The notes under the pieces were generated by a model, which saw only the letters and a program-made list of their open reading frames with translations, made no database searches and was not told where the DNA came from. 63,945 nt of DNA. Origin: Albugo candida. Taxonomy: Eukaryota. Shown here piece by piece: positions 50,220-62,351 of this stretch. Numbering within the stretch: position 1 is the first letter of the stretch; each line of letters begins with the position of its first letter. The stretch lies in contig JBDOQK010000029.1 in assembly GCA_040437565.1 (NCBI GenBank), positions 124,001 to 187,945 on the forward strand, written 5' to 3'. The position numbers and the translations under genes were made by a program.

Positions 50220-51500
50220 GGTTCCTGCGTATCCAAAAGTCAAGTCAAGCGTGTGAGATTCCTAGCCGGCATTCATTTATACAGTTTGATCAATTACCCG
50301 TCATGCTGACCGAAAAATTCCGTGCGATCACAACTTCGACGAAATGTGTACGGTACGGCTTCCAACAAGCCCCGATACATAGATAATTACGGATGTGAAC
50401 TGCTTGCGCATAGATTGACTTCTTGCTACAAAATGCTCGACGCGATGACTCAAAAACAGCGTTATGGACAGCTGCTCATTGCTTTATGTACGCAAAGCTT
50501 TCGTTGAACACGTGACAGGATTTAACAAACTTTTATCGGTTTCTGTAGACCATATATATGCTCAGATGGAACGCAGTCTGGAAGCCAACGCGAACGACAG
50601 TACAATCTCCAAGCTGTACACAACATTAAAGCCGTGTTTTCGAGTAAGGCCGAAAAGCTTAAAGTCAATGTGGTCTGATAGGTGTCTCCCGATATCGTTT
50701 TAGACCGATTCCATCGTACACGATTTGAAGCATTTTTTGGGAAGCAAGTGGCAAGGTGTGTACACACCAAGTGACGCAGTACAGAGCTACGTGAGGTAGG
50801 CTCCAGACTTTGAATTACATCTCGTCGGTCTTTTCATTCAATAGCTTGTTCTATGATATGTAAGACATCTGGCATACCTGGCATCAAGCGTACGTTTTGC
50901 TTCAAACACGTATCTATGCTTCACCAACTTTGATTTGCTGGCGAGTCTGAGTCGGGTATTCACTGCAGAGTCCGGTACTCTTGATACCTTATTGCTTCAG
51001 GTTGTACGTTGTCATGTTTGAATACGCACCGACCAAGATCAGCTTACTCAAGCGTATCCTTCCCTGTAACGATAAGCACGGATTAGCGTTCTTCCACTTT
51101 CAACAAAAAAGCAGCCTGGTGAGCTATCCTCTCTTTTGATTTGTCATTCGTACTGATTTCGCATCAGCTGCTGAGGTCCCGAATCGAAGACCAAATCGAT
51201 TCGATTACCTTTGATAAAGAAACACAAGATCTAATGATATCTGAGATGGCATTCGAGGTCTCGTTACATCAAAAGGTATGGCATCTTAATCATTCGTAGT
51301 CCCACTCAAGTATTCTTTATCAGATTTTATACAGTATGAAGCCTCGACTATCTCTAGGAATCACTATAGTCGCAGCTCTGATATTCCTGGTGAGAAAAAA
51401 GGATTCAGACATGCTCTTCCTGGACTTTTTTAATCAACGTGCTCGTAGACTTGTCTCTTGTATGCTGTCTCCATGTCGATTTAATTTTTATCGATTTCAA
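50220..51500 (+). pseudogene. Possible spliced gene remnant, unidentified
   Basis: Short exon-like blocks bounded by GT/AG (FDQLPVMLTEKFRAIT.., RLTSCYKMLDAM.., FNKLLSVSVDHIYAQME). No coherent model found. Confidence 0.25.
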
Positions 51501-51559
51501 AAATGCTCATTAAAATTAGACAACAACTTTGATTTTCCAGGCTTAGGAGCGATCCATTT

Positions 51560-52255
51560 TCTACCAGGCTCTTCGTGACTGAGTCTCCTGAAGCACTTTT
51601 TACCGCCGTATCATCCATTCTCTCTCAGGGACCACCAGCGGTAGCTCTTTCACTTTTTCGTACATCTGCTTCGACGGAGTCGGCTTCTGTCGTCTATAGC
51701 TGCAATTAACGATGCTGTTCTGGATCAAAGGGTCCTCCGACTCACGATAAAAGTGCTCAAAAATTTCAACGGTAGAGTCTATTTGCTGTTTTCGGTGAAA
51801 AAGTCTTCCACTTATGCGCTACTAAATCGCCAAGCAAAGATTGGACAACATAGTAAAGTCTCCAGGAGCACTTACTTGTGAGATACGACATTCATATCGC
51901 CACAGTCTTTCATGTACGCTGCAATATCTAGATTCCCCGACGGTTTTTGTACGCCTGATTTAAAGAAAATGCTCACGATCAAACTGCACTTCCAAACGCG
52001 TTCGTGGTTTTATCGTTATTCAAGTCGCATTAATAGTTTTCTGCATCCTCGTGCGACGCAAATGTCGCGTCACATTTTTCACACTGCAATAGTAACTCGT
52101 GCGAAAAACAGATACTACAGCGTGAAAACACCTTCTCTTTTGGGTTGTTTGCACCGAAATTCATCCCTGAGATTGATCAGGTCAAAGCTGCCAAAAAATG
52201 AAAATGTTTCGGTGCAGTATACGATCCATCCAAGTCTTTGGATACTCATGATTTC
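51560..52255 (-). pseudogene. Degenerate inverted copy of the middle of CEP120 (~48125-48810)
   Basis: For example gcagcgtacatgaaagactgtggcg..gtatctcacaagtaa versus gcagcgtacatagaagactgcggcg..gtatctcataagtaa. In-frame stops. Confidence 0.8.
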
Positions 52256-52264
52256 CGCTAGAGT

Positions 52265-53070
52265 CTTGTAGTTTACCCGAGCCAGATAAATGCCAACAAG
52301 ACAGGTGTTTGGAAGCGGCATTACCATCTCAAAAGATCGGACTTGGCGGTTCAAATGCGCTGGATTTAGCATCGAGCGATATTCCGAAGCAACATTGCTA
52401 TGTATCCGGTTAATGCCACTAAATGCCACTACAGTAGCTCCTCCGAGGCTCAAAATGACAGACTTTAAAATCAGAAAGTCTTTGGAACCAATCCGTTGGT
52501 TAATTCACTGATGAGAACGTACCGGAGCAAGAGCATGCTTCCACTATCCCAACGTCACACACATTCGTTACTGATGAAGTCCGTAGAGATCATCCACACA
52601 CACACGACGAGTATTGCATCAGCATAGCTGGCCGCTTTATTCGAAAATTGACGGAATGATATGTGAGCTTTCTTGATAGTGCAATAGGTACAATCCCCAG
52701 GAATGCAATAACAGTCCAAGAATGACAAGAAGTACAATGCGAAAATACAGAAAGCTTTTCGTGAATCGAGAAAGTAGTGTTCCACGCACTGTGTCGATAT
52801 CAATCCGTAATCGGGTCACTGGGCGTTCTTGCTGCAACTCTGTGGAACGTGCGTTTGACGGTAGCCGAGCGCTAACGTCGGACGTTTAGGAGCCGAGTTT
52901 TTCATATTGCTTTCTGAGTCGGTATTGACGACTGCGTATTACGTTTAATCGCAATTCAATGAGAGTCTATAGTCAGTATGCAATGGCGTGCCTTCTCCAA
53001 TCCGACTCTATGTACTGGAAGAACACGTCGAGTGATTATGGTTGAAACTGCTTACTGATACAAGTCGAAA
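52265..53070 (-). pseudogene. Degenerate membrane-protein-like fragment (paralogue of 20300-21580)
   Basis: QQERPVTRLRIDIDTVRGTLLSRF..IVLLVILGLLL and ILSLGGATVVAFSGINRI. Broken frames. Confidence 0.45.
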
Positions 53071-53132
53071 GCAGACTTTTGTAGCAGGAAAAATTGTTTG
53101 ATTAATATTATTCATGGTGAAGATAGCTATCT

Positions 53133-53316
53133 CTACTGATGGTTTCCAGTGGTCCAAGCGGGGCACCGATCTTTTCACCGACACCTACGTCATGACGATA
53201 GATGGGAGCGAGAAAGAGAAGTGTCGTTTCCTACCTGCTAGCGCGGTTTCAATATGCTTGCCGCATCCTTTCCATGTTGGTTTATCGGACGTGGAACATT
53301 CAATCTTCACACACAT
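53133..53316 (-). pseudogene. Two-exon ~44-aa Cys-rich mini-gene, copy R (1-nt deletion in exon 2)
   Basis: MCVKIECSTSDKPTWKGCGKHIETALA | GT..AG intron | GVGEK(fs)RCPAWTTGNHQ*. Confidence 0.78.
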
Positions 53317-53525
53317 CTCGTGATTTCTTATAGTTATGGAGCCAAGCTGCAATAGTGCTCCTCCGTTTAGGACCAAAATGGAAGGGTAAGCATGTGTTAT
53401 CTAAACTTGGATGTGTATTAAGTATTACTCTTGTTCCAGCGATTCATAAATTCGTTAATTTGGAATACTGTCATAGTCTGTTCAACTCGTACACTAGCGG
53501 CCCCATCGCCGATGATCTAATCAAA

Positions 53526-55357
53526 TTAATTACTCTTGGCATCTGAATCACCAACCTTTGATGCGCTGTCCTCCCTTGATGCGTTTGGCAATGTAATTGG
53601 CATCTCTTCATCCGTAGAACTCGTCTCAACTGCACTAAAATAGCGCTCCATTCACTATTTTCCTCGTACGGGGTTATTTGGTACATATGCTCTCCTTCCC
53701 GATTATCGATGCTGATTCTGAACATCCGCAATGATTCAGCGCCCAACACAAAGTACGAAGCCGTCCTACTCTTCAAGTCCTTCAATCCAATCTGAAGCGA
53801 TTTTTCAACGAAGCTATTTGTGGCACTGTCTGGTATTTTGACTTTTATTTTGATATCCGGATTACTACCTTTTTGCAGGGCGTCATAAACTTCCTTTGAT
53901 GGTTGGTTAGAATTGGCGCTGAGAAGAATATGAAACCTTTGTTGAGGAACAAGTGTACCTTCAATCATAACCTCAATGGGTAGCTCCCCCTCAGGTTTAA
54001 AATCGCGCCATTCACTAATCCTGGAAGTATCTACAGCATAAGCGATGGGACCATCTCCTTTTTCCCATTCAAATGAATAGATTCCGCGTGGAGCCTCATT
54101 GATGAAAAAGTCGGGATCAAGAATCATGACTTTAGAGATTTCGTCGAATATCACCTTCTTTACAATGAAAAGAAGGTGATATTCGACGAAATCTCTAAAG
54201 TCATGATTCTTGATCCCGACTTTTTCATNNNNNNNNNNNNNNNNNNNNNNNNNNNNNNNNNNNNNNNNNNNNNNNNNNNNNNNNNNNNNNNNNNNNNNNN
54301 NNNNNNNNNNNNNNNNNNNNNNNNNNNNGTCCTCCCTTGATGCGTTTGGCAATGTAATTGGCATCTCTTCATCCGTAGAACTCGTCTCAACTGCACTATT
54401 TTGAGCGCTCCATTCACTATTTTCCTCGTACGGGGTTATTTGGTACATATGCTCTCCTTCCCGATTATCGATGCTGATTCTGAACATCCGCAATGATTCA
54501 GCGCCCAACACAAAGTACGAAGCCGTCCTACTCTTCAAGTCCTTCAATCCAATCTGAAGCGATTTTTCAACGAAGCTATTTGTGGCACTGTCTGGTATTT
54601 TGACTTTTATTTTGATATCCGGATTACTACCTTTTTGCAGGGCGTCATAAACTTCCTTTGATGGTTGGTTAGAATTGGCGCTGAGAAGAATATGAAACCT
54701 TTGTTGAGGAACAAGTGTACCTTCAATCATAACCTCAATGGGTAGCTCCCCCTCAGGTTTAAAATCGCGCCATTCACTAATCCTGGAAGTATCTACAGCA
54801 TAAGCGATGGGACCATCTCCTTTTTCCCATTCAAATGAATAGATTCCGCGTGGAGCCTCATTGATGAAAAAGTCGGGATCAAGAATCATGACTTTAGAGA
54901 TTTCGTCGAATATCACCTTCTTTTCATTGTAAAGAAGGTTCAGTTGCGGTTGAGACACAGTCCAACAATATGATATAGCTGGCTCATGATTGGCCCTGGT
55001 TCCTAGCCTGTAGTGAGATTGAATTTTTTTTGAGACGCCACCGGGAGGTTTAACGACGCGCTCTCTATAAGGATTCTTTTTCTGCGGGTAAGCCACAATG
55101 ACTTTTGCGCCAGGCAAGCAGCGTTGGAATAGATCGGATTGAGATTCACCATTCTTATAAAACATCATCTTGTATACTTGCGGGTTGTTAGGCCCCGTCT
55201 TCTCCCTCGCTATTTCCACCTGTAATCCCCAAATAGGTTCTTCATTTTCGAGGTGTACACTGCGCATTCTCATGAGTGACTCACTCACGACATAATGAGA
55301 CATTGGTGGGAAGCCAACCACGGCGATGCAGTAAGCCTTTATTTGTTGAATCTTCAT
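53526..55357 (-). CDS. Uncharacterised protein, ~355 aa once the gap overlap is collapsed; its signal-peptide-like 5' region is broken
   Basis: 343 open codons at 55357-54329, continuing ...REDSASKVGDSDAKSN* in the overlapping contig. Paralogue at 16260-17690. Confidence 0.65.
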
Positions 55358-55479
55358 CGTGTTGACTGTCGAAGCGAAATTAAAATATGATGTACAATCT
55401 TTAATGATGGTTTAAGCCACCAGTTTAATGGGTGAGGTTGTATTCTTGAAGTTTCCACAAAAATGTTGCACGCTACGCT

Positions 55480-55920
55480 AAGTTAAAAGATTGGTAACGT
55501 TTCGGAACTATGGAATAAGTACTTTGCAAGTATGGAAGCGAACCAGGTGAGACACATAGGTGCACCGTACAGTACCGTAATCGGGTACTTTAACTCGTGA
55601 GGGGAACAACTTTAATATTACAGAAGACTTGTTGTATGCAGAGGACTAAAAATTAGAATACATGCGCAAATATTTTTATGTCAACCTTTAGCATTACAGT
55701 AAGGTTGCGAGCCTGCAATCGGTAACGTTTCCGAAAAATCGAATACGTACTTTGCGAGTATGGAAGCGAACCGTGAATGCGCAAGTGAGACACGTAGGTG
55801 TCCAGTGCAATAATCGTGTTCTTTTATTTGTTAGGTGAACAACCTTAATATTACAGAATACGTTTTATATGTAGAGGATTAGAGTATAAGCGCAAATGTA
55901 GATGTGAACCTTTAGCATTG
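55480..55920 (-). repeat. Two tandem units encoding decayed signal-peptide-like N-termini
   Basis: MLKVHIYICAYTLILYI*NVFCNIKVVHLT and MLKVDIKIFAHVF*FLVLCIQQVFCNIKVVPLT. Confidence 0.7.
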
Positions 55921-55959
55921 TAGTGAGTCTGCACGCCCCACTAAGCTCAACGGGTCCAC

Positions 55960-57616
55960 TCTGTTACCTTGGTCTTAGAGGATCCCGAATTATATGCCCT
56001 CATCGGCTACACAAACCATTTGAAATGAAACTCGTCGCCCAGAGACTCGGGGGCAAGACGTTCTGCCAGAGCAAAATTTCTCTCCCGGAATGCAAGCACT
56101 GACGATAGACTTTGGTTGAGAGCATCTTCCGGTTCAGATCGTTGGACGGGCACAAGCGGGTTGAAGTATTTCAAGTGAGTATACCTATCGTTGGCCAGCT
56201 TGATCGACTTGTGGCTCCAGTCACCCGTCCTTGTACAAAAGTCGTATTGTGGCATAAACTTCAATCCCTGATAAGCTACGAATGGATCACCTTCAATATG
56301 TAGTCGATCTTTTCCGGAATCATGAAATACGGAATGCGGAATCGTGTAAATCTCGGCTTCAAGATGATGCACCCGTGCTCCAGAGCTACAAAGAACATTT
56401 GCAAATCATGCTTATTGACTCCAAGCAGCTTGGAAGCATGAGTTCCAGCACAAGCACATCCGCCCCGTGTTTGTAGGCCAAATAGATCATTTGATAAAGC
56501 ACAGACAAAGTTAAAATGCAAAAAGAGATTTTCACAGCGTATCAAAAAGGAGGAATGGGTAGTTGAGGAGCATTTTGGCTTCCCAGTACAACAATTTTCT
56601 TATGTTTTGATAGAGAGGGAACGGACTTGTTTGACAATGACTTCCTCCAGCTCCGATGCGTTCGTGGCCTATTTTTTGTTTGGTCCGAAAAGCAAGGATC
56701 AATCGTATGACACCAATAGCACTGCAAGGACCATCACTGGTCTCATCTTGAGGTATCCAGTGCTGCTGTGACTGATCTTTGAGCATCTTCCATTCTTTGC
56801 CGTCGAGCGATAATGAAATCTCTTCGTGACAATTAGAACACGTGGCGATCCAGGTCCGCCGACAATTTTGCCACCCAGGAAGAATATTGCGTATTTCGAT
56901 ACATCTGCAACACAGGTGGAACGAGGATTCATATCGATGACTTTGCATGGAGCTGCGGTCGCACAATCCCGAAGCCCTAATACTTCAAAGTCGTGCAAAA
57001 GTGTTGTGATCGAATCCACTTTGGTAAGCACTCCTGTGATATTAGAATCTACAGAGAACACCCCAAAATCTTGACAAATTTACTGGCGTGATGCTGCAAA
57101 TTCACGGCGGAGTGCGAATGCATCAACAATGCCTGTTTTATCGTGCGGTATGTATACAAGCTCAGCGCTGCTTTCACTTCATGGCAAAGTATTGAACCTG
57201 ATGCTCAAATGGCCCGATGAAAAACATAGGTCGAGCTGAACCCCGTCGCTTTCATTTCTTAGAAGGAAATCCATCCTTAGCAATTGTACGAAACGGATTA
57301 TTGCAGAGGGGGCTCCAGGCCCGGTAAAATGTAACTTATCCTGCGCATTTTGAATATATATCGGCATTTACTGCTTCCGCAATCGTTTTTCAAGCATCAA
57401 TTTCGAGTTCTTTGACTGTCTCGATGGCTGATATGCTGATTGCTGTTCTGATAAAACCGGGAATACTTTTTCCCGTATCACATTCTCGACCGAACCTAGA
57501 CATCTTCCTGAAGCGGTGTAGTCCGCATATAACAAATGCTTACGACCAAATGGAGTCTCAAACAATAGATTTCGACCGACTATCTCGGAGGTGATGTATG
57601 CGTGAATCATGTACAA
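55960..57616 (-). pseudogene. Class-V PLP-dependent aminotransferase / cysteine-desulfurase-like pseudogene, copy R
   Basis: FETPFGRKHLLYADYTASGRCL, FSVDSNITGV, GGPGSPRVL, LHFNFVCALSNDLFGLQTRGGCACAG and YDFCTRTGDWSH. Split over more than five frames. Confidence 0.88.
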
Positions 57617-57918
57617 ATAGAGGCAACAGTAAGCATGTGATTTGCGTTTGAGACAGAGACTCGACCAGCTTTTACGCTGCGCATCAAACTTCTACATGAT
57701 GTCAGCATTCTGAATTTTGAGACTGGCTACACAAAGGGAATCCGCCATTCACCAGAGCATCGATATAACCATTCAATACATGGATCACAACATTATACAT
57801 CATAGTTGCCAGATCATTTGTTTAAATGCAGAGATCATAGGGTTCTACGTTCTTATTCTCAGGTCCTGAATGCCAGCTGGTCGATAGACTGACACGCAAG
57901 TAACACTGAGACGGTATC

Positions 57919-59090
57919 TCAATTGGGTTCCTGGTTCTGACTTCGCTTTGCCGCAACAGCACGTGCTAGTCTTCGTAGAACAATTTCGGTATCGTTCCAA
58001 TTGATGTAGGCGTCAGTGATGGATTTTCCGTACACAAGTTTGGACTTGTCCTGCGTTAGAGATTGATAAAGATTAACATTCCCGGCTTCGATGAGTTGAG
58101 CAATGTACTCTGCAACTTTGATCTGATTTGAATGAATCTTTTGCGAGTTACCATGAGAGCAGTCAATCATAATTTTTGCTGGTAACTTGGCTCGATTTAG
58201 CATATGTACCGCTTCCGTGAGATATTCTTCTTCATAATTCGGACCATCTTTACCACCTCTGAGAATCACATGACAGTTTTTGTTTCCTTTGATCATCAGA
58301 ATTGACGTGAGTTCGTGCTCGTTCAGCCCGAGGAAGTTGTGTTGACTCGAGGCTACTAACGTAGCGTGCACTTCGATCTTGATATCACCTCCTGTGCCAT
58401 TTTTGAACCCCACTGGCATTGAAAAGTCGGACGTTACTTCGCGATGCAGTTCAGCCTCTATTGTACGTGCCCCGATGGCTCCCACGACACCAAATCCCAT
58501 ATAAATTACGTTGAAATCGTATCCAGGAACACTAACGCCACCGGTACAACTAGTGCGTTGATATCAAGCAACAACTTTCGCGCCACACGAACGCCTTTAT
58601 TGATGTTGAGCGATGAGCCCAAGTCCTGGTCATTGATTATCCTATCCATCCGATGATGGTGGGCGGTTTACCACTATAAGTTCGTACCATAATCAGCAAT
58701 TCACCAGATCATTCTTCCTGTAAAGGCCTCAAAAGTTTAGCTATGCGCACGAGTGGAAAGAGCAGTGAACATCAATGAGATTCGTGCGATAAAAGCGAGG
58801 CATTGCCGTAATCCATAGCTGCGTCGACGTCATCTATCGAGCATGGTCCAACAACCACGATTGGAGCAATCGTCACGCCGTGTAAAATATCGCAAACTTG
58901 TTCTCGGACGCCCATAAGCTATCGAGAAACGTCATTATGTGTAGGTGCAATTTGGCGACGTATTTGCTCACCGTTTTATGGACCGAGCAGCTAACTGGAA
59001 GCTCTCCACAAACAAGTGCGGAGGGATAAGAAGTCGGATCATTGTGACATGCAAATCTTCTAGTTTGGCACGCCTGGAAACGTTTGCATT
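57919..59090 (-). pseudogene. Class I-alpha DAHP synthase (AroF/G/H, ARO3/4 family) pseudogene
   Basis: EDLHVTMIRLLIPP, VVGPCSID, GAIGARTIE..HRE, PVGFKNGT, HVILRGG, IDCSHGNS and YGKSITDA. Frameshifted 5' half; the G(V/L)MIES motif is deleted. Confidence 0.92.
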
Positions 59091-59689
59091 TTCGTCTTCA
59101 GCCCTACAATTTGATTTCAACCAATCGTTTCGGTGTGCACAGTAGCTAAATGACGCGATTGCTACGCTAAATTTTCAGTACGGTGAGGAGCGAGCGGTAC
59201 AGGAGTTACTTCAATGACTTCTGATTGTTGTGGCAGCATTCGCGCACGCAAAAATCTGTCCATATCTCAGCAACAAATATCTCAAAAATCAAAAATCTGG
59301 TACCTGTGCGCAGCCAAGAATCACAGCTATGAAGCAAATGTACTGATAGTTGAGACATGGAATGTCAGTAAATTCAATTCTGGCTCGCAAGACGCTGATT
59401 AAGTTGCACAGCCTTTTCCTGTGATTTTGTTGATAATCATTACAGACTGCAGAAATGGATTCTGATACTCTGAGCCGTTTATCGATGCATGTTTGGTCTT
59501 GTTTCCTTTGAAGTATCCTGTAAATATCCAAACCGAGGGGCTTAAATTGCGATTCAAGCTGGCGTCCTTTGACTTGTAGTGGAAATGGTCACAACGTTTT
59601 GACAAACATGAGTTCGTCATTCTCTGCAATGACTACAAGCGCAATATACCGTATTTAAAAGGCTCTCAACAAAGGAAAAGGAGCCTGCA

Positions 59690-61475
59690 AGGATGAGTTT
59701 AAAACTACCAGTATCGTAAAATAACTTATATTAATTACGATTATGTGCTATGACTTGACTCAGTTGCAACTGAACTGTTACTTCATGTACCAATAATTCT
59801 TCAGCTCAATTTTCCAAACCTCTCGCATGATCGCGTAATGACGTGATAGGACCATTGCAAAGATGCGCTTGATCTCCATGAAGTTTTGCTATTGTGTAAT
59901 GACGTGGCGGGGTCCTTGCAAAGGTGCGCTTGATGTCCAGGAAGTGTCGCTATTGCGGAATGACGTGATAGGGCATTGCGAAGATGCACTTGATGTCCAT
60001 GAAATGTCGATATCTGATTGTAGTTATTAATCCAAGCTGCTTGAGTTCCAATCCGACACGATGTACCGCTTCTCGTCACTTTAATTTACATTCAAAGACC
60101 TATCCAGCTGCATTTGCAAAAGCTCCTTATCGTACTCACATTCCTTGAGTTTCATTTCCATTATGTACACTTGCATCCACAATGACGTGATGAGGCCATT
60201 GTCGCGATGCATTTGCTATCCATGAACTGCCACTCTTTGGTAGCACTCAATATTTCCAGTGTCTTCGGTTGCAGCTGCGTCTGTTGGATTGAATTCTTTG
60301 CCTGCTTTTATCGCATCCAAGAACGCGAGCTGATTCTTCATAATATTTGCAAAGTCTTCAAAGATTGGCCTTAACTTGACAACCTCCATTTTTTAATTCC
60401 ACGTTTTCTTTCATCATATTCTTCATCTTGATTTCATCCTCTTCGTACTGTAATCGGTAGAATCGCTCCCTCGAGTTGCTTTGGTTGCCCGTGGTCGTTG
60501 TTTGAACTCCAATTGTGACGAAAGTCTTGGTACCACGCGTCTTCTGCAAATTGTACAATTGATTTTGTTGCGCTTTCATATATACCTTCATGTCCTGGAA
60601 CATTGGCTTTGGCTTTAGCAAATCAAGCTTGAGCTGTTTGAGTCCATCCGTAAGTTGCTTCAACTGAGATTGATCTCTTTCGTGAATCCTCATCGCATCG
60701 TCCAGCTTGCTTTGATATATAACCTTGCATTTTCAACTAGCGTCCAGCTTCGATTCGAGTTCGTCGACATCCGTCTTGAGCTTGCACACTTCTTTAGAAG
60801 CTGAGTCGTTTTATCCATCAATGTGCGCGACAGCTGCGCATTATCTTTCTTCAGCCGTACATTTTTGTCCAGACGCGCTTGAGTTGCCATTGTTGGTCTT
60901 GGACGGGCGACGGGTCTTCGTTGATTCCACAGCTGCACCCATCCTACGGACGGAATTAGGGCCACGAGTCATCACCTGAGATGCTCATCTTGTTGTAGTA
61001 GCCCATACTGTATTTCTCCCAGGGGCGCGAGCAGGGTGACTTTCGTCCAGTTGGTTTGACCTCGAGCGGAAGCCGTGGTCGATGTCGTTTCGTTTGTGAT
61101 GTGTTGGCGCGCGCCGCTCGTGTCGTTCTCGTTCTTGGTGTTTGTGTTGGTCGAACCGCCCGCTGTGGTGTTGGTGTCTGCGCAGACGCCTGTCTTGGTT
61201 GCGCTCGTAGCACATACCCACCGCCGACACGCTTCATCGTCGACGGTCTCGCATTCTTCCTCGCTGGTGCAACCATATTTGTTGTCGCGGTCTTTCGCAC
61301 TCGTTACATTCGTAAAATAATTGGTTGACTTAGAGCGAGTATGACTGAGGAAAGTCGTGAGTACACATATTGCTCTGACCTCCCAAGTCTCTTAGCATGA
61401 TGCTGCATGCTGATTGGAGAGATCACCTCATGTTACATGCCGGATATTGAGGGAACTGAGTCGATATCGGCGTCG
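59690..61475 (-). pseudogene. Degenerate coiled-coil protein family member, copy B
   Basis: MATQARLDKNVRLKKDNAQLSRTLMDKT and QLKQLTDGLKQLKLDLL. Colinear with 490-2270. Confidence 0.6.
59836..60015. repeat. 61-bp tandem repeat (3 units) containing TGACGT
   Basis: atgacgtg at 59838, 59899 and 59960, each followed by ...tgc(g/a)cttgat(c/g)tcca. Confidence 0.8.
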
Positions 61476-61755
61476 GCACGTGGATTATATCGATAGGTGT
61501 ATTTCACTTTGAGTGTTCTTCTACATTGAGTGCTCGATGCGAAGGACACGCTGAATGACATACACCCGTCAATGCCCAAATGCATCAGTTGCACATATCG
61601 ACTCCGTTCCCTCAGAAATCCGGCATGTACAGTACTATGAGGTGGTCTCTCCAATCAGCATGCAGCATGCAGCATCATGCTAAGAGTCTTGGGAGATCAG
61701 GGCAATAAGTACGAACCAATGTTTCTCATCATATTTGTTCAAAACCAACTATTTT
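61310..61755. repeat. Imperfect inverted repeat (arms ~61310-61468 and ~61595-61755, ~125-bp spacer)
   Basis: ctcccaagtctcttagcatgatgctgcatgctgattggagag..gagtcgatat versus its diverged reverse complement. Confidence 0.8.
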
Positions 61756-62351
61756 NNNNNNNNNNNNNNNNNNNNNNNNNNNNNNNNNNNNNNNNNNNNN
61801 NNNNNNNNNNNNNNNNNNNNNNNNNNNNNNNNNNNNNNNNNNNNNNNNNNNNNNNTGTATTTCACTTTGAGTGTTCTTCTACATTGAGTGCTCGATGCGA
61901 AGGACACGCTGAATGACATACACCCGTCAATGCCCAAATGCATCAGTTGCACATATCGACTCCGTTCCCTCAGAAATCCGGCATGTACAGTACTATGAGG
62001 TGGTCTCTCCAATCAGCATGCAGCATGCAGCATCATGCTAAGAGTCTTGGGAGATCAGGGCAATAAGTACGAACCAATGTTTCTCATCATATTTGTTCAA
62101 AACCAACTATTTTTTTTTACGAAAATAGCGGCGGCTTGCATATGCACGTGCTTTGTGGATCTGTTGTACTAATGTATAGTATGTTAGAATGTAACTGCAG
62201 TGATTCATTTTAGTTATGTAACACGGTTAGAATGACACAAGGAATTAATGCACGAATATGTTTTCAAATTTAATCACAGTGTATTTGCAAAAGTGCAACT
62301 TATACATACTTCAATACACTCGCTTGAGTCTATTTGGTACAGGTCGCCTTA

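Noticed and set aside
52255-52275. Helitron 3' end (CTAG) at the cassette boundary
   Set aside because: CTAG is present at the boundary only in the right copy, and I found no subterminal hairpin; insufficient evidence.
54102-54228. Perfect ~60-bp hairpin
   Set aside because: It sits at a contig end. The overlapping contig (54860-54940) lacks it and shows a short natural stem (ccttcttt..aaagaagg) where template switching would create a fold-back chimera.
53471-55357. 628-aa ORF with an internal repeat
   Set aside because: The ORF reads through Ns and an overlap re-read; the real ORF is ~355 aa.
55960-59090. Bacterial contamination or a recent HGT operon (aroG plus aminotransferase)
   Set aside because: Both families occur in eukaryotes, the copies are decayed, and they are contiguous with intron-containing sequence of similar composition.
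59836-60015. CRISPR-like array
   Set aside because: Whole units are homologous with no unique spacers, there are no cas genes, and the context is eukaryotic.
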